A stretch of 64,000 nucleotides of DNA from an uncultured Ilyobacter sp. (lineage in GTDB: Bacteria > Fusobacteriota > Fusobacteriia > Fusobacteriales > Fusobacteriaceae). Both the position numbers and the translations under genes were made by a program. A model generated the notes under the pieces. It ran no database searches. It saw nothing but the letters and a program-made list of their open reading frames with translations, and was not told the DNA's origin. The stretch lies in the NCBI GenBank assembly GCA_963675185.2, contig CAXXOH010000003.1, positions 74,517 through 138,516 of the forward strand, read 5' to 3'. Positions 63,860-64,000 of this stretch are shown piece by piece. Each line of letters opens with the position of its first letter. Position 1 is the stretch's first letter.

Positions 63860-64000
63860 ATGGAACATAGAGAACATTCTTTGGCAATTTGGCTTTCTGA
63901 AAAAGTTATTGCTTGTAAAATTGAAAGATATTCATATGAGATAAGTGATTTCAGTGCGGTAAGTTATTTTCTCTACTTTAATCCGGAAGGTGAAATTGTA
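63860..64000 (+). CDS. hypothetical protein (5' part, runs off window end)
   Basis: ATG 63860 gives MEHREHSLAIWLSEKVIACKIERYSYEISDF..., open to the window end. Confidence 0.3.
   Translation, partial: MEHREHSLAIWLSEKVIACKIERYSYEISDFSAVSYFLYFNPEGEIV

Overview
Low-GC bacterial chromosomal segment, possibly from an anaerobic diderm of Fusobacteria-like type (inference only). I saw no rRNA, tRNA or CRISPR array by eye. (1) 1-26.9 kb is mostly housekeeping: NuoE/NuoF-like subunits, an ABC importer preceded by a HutP-family gene and a terminator-containing leader, small accessory genes, an SH3b-NlpC/P60 hydrolase, an OMP + MacB/LolCDE-like ABC + LolA-like cluster, NfnAB, MsrA, thrC-thrB-aspartokinase and SbcCD. 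(2) About 27.0-45.5 kb is the stand-out region, an integron-like platform. A tyrosine recombinase (27062-28120) is transcribed toward an attI-like cluster of GCGTATA repeats. After it come at least 10 very AT-rich, mostly promoterless cassettes, each ending in a GC-rich imperfect palindrome bounded by (R)YYYAAC ... GTTRRRY-like boxes. The recombinase has Xer-like spacing and lacks the IntI-specific insertion. Two cassettes look like compact defence or nucleotide-chemistry modules: a reverse transcriptase + SLATT-like TM protein with an upstream inverted-repeat-bounded candidate ncRNA (29.55-31.70 kb), and a radical-SAM + membrane-anchored PRTase + Nudix operon (31.70-34.13 kb). An IS3-family element (37796-39131) sits in the array. 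(3) 46-64 kb holds accessory and metabolic genes, including class V FBP aldolase/phosphatase and a deoxyhypusine-synthase-like + pyruvoyl arginine decarboxylase pair. It has an unusually high load of disrupted genes and a conserved ~55-nt promoter/leader module present 4-5 times. Four same-strand copies of a ~200-280 bp intergenic repeat with interleaved inverted motifs (CACAGAG/CTCTGTG and CACGAAT/ATTCGTG) are scattered through the window. All family assignments come from motif recognition by eye, and no database search was run.
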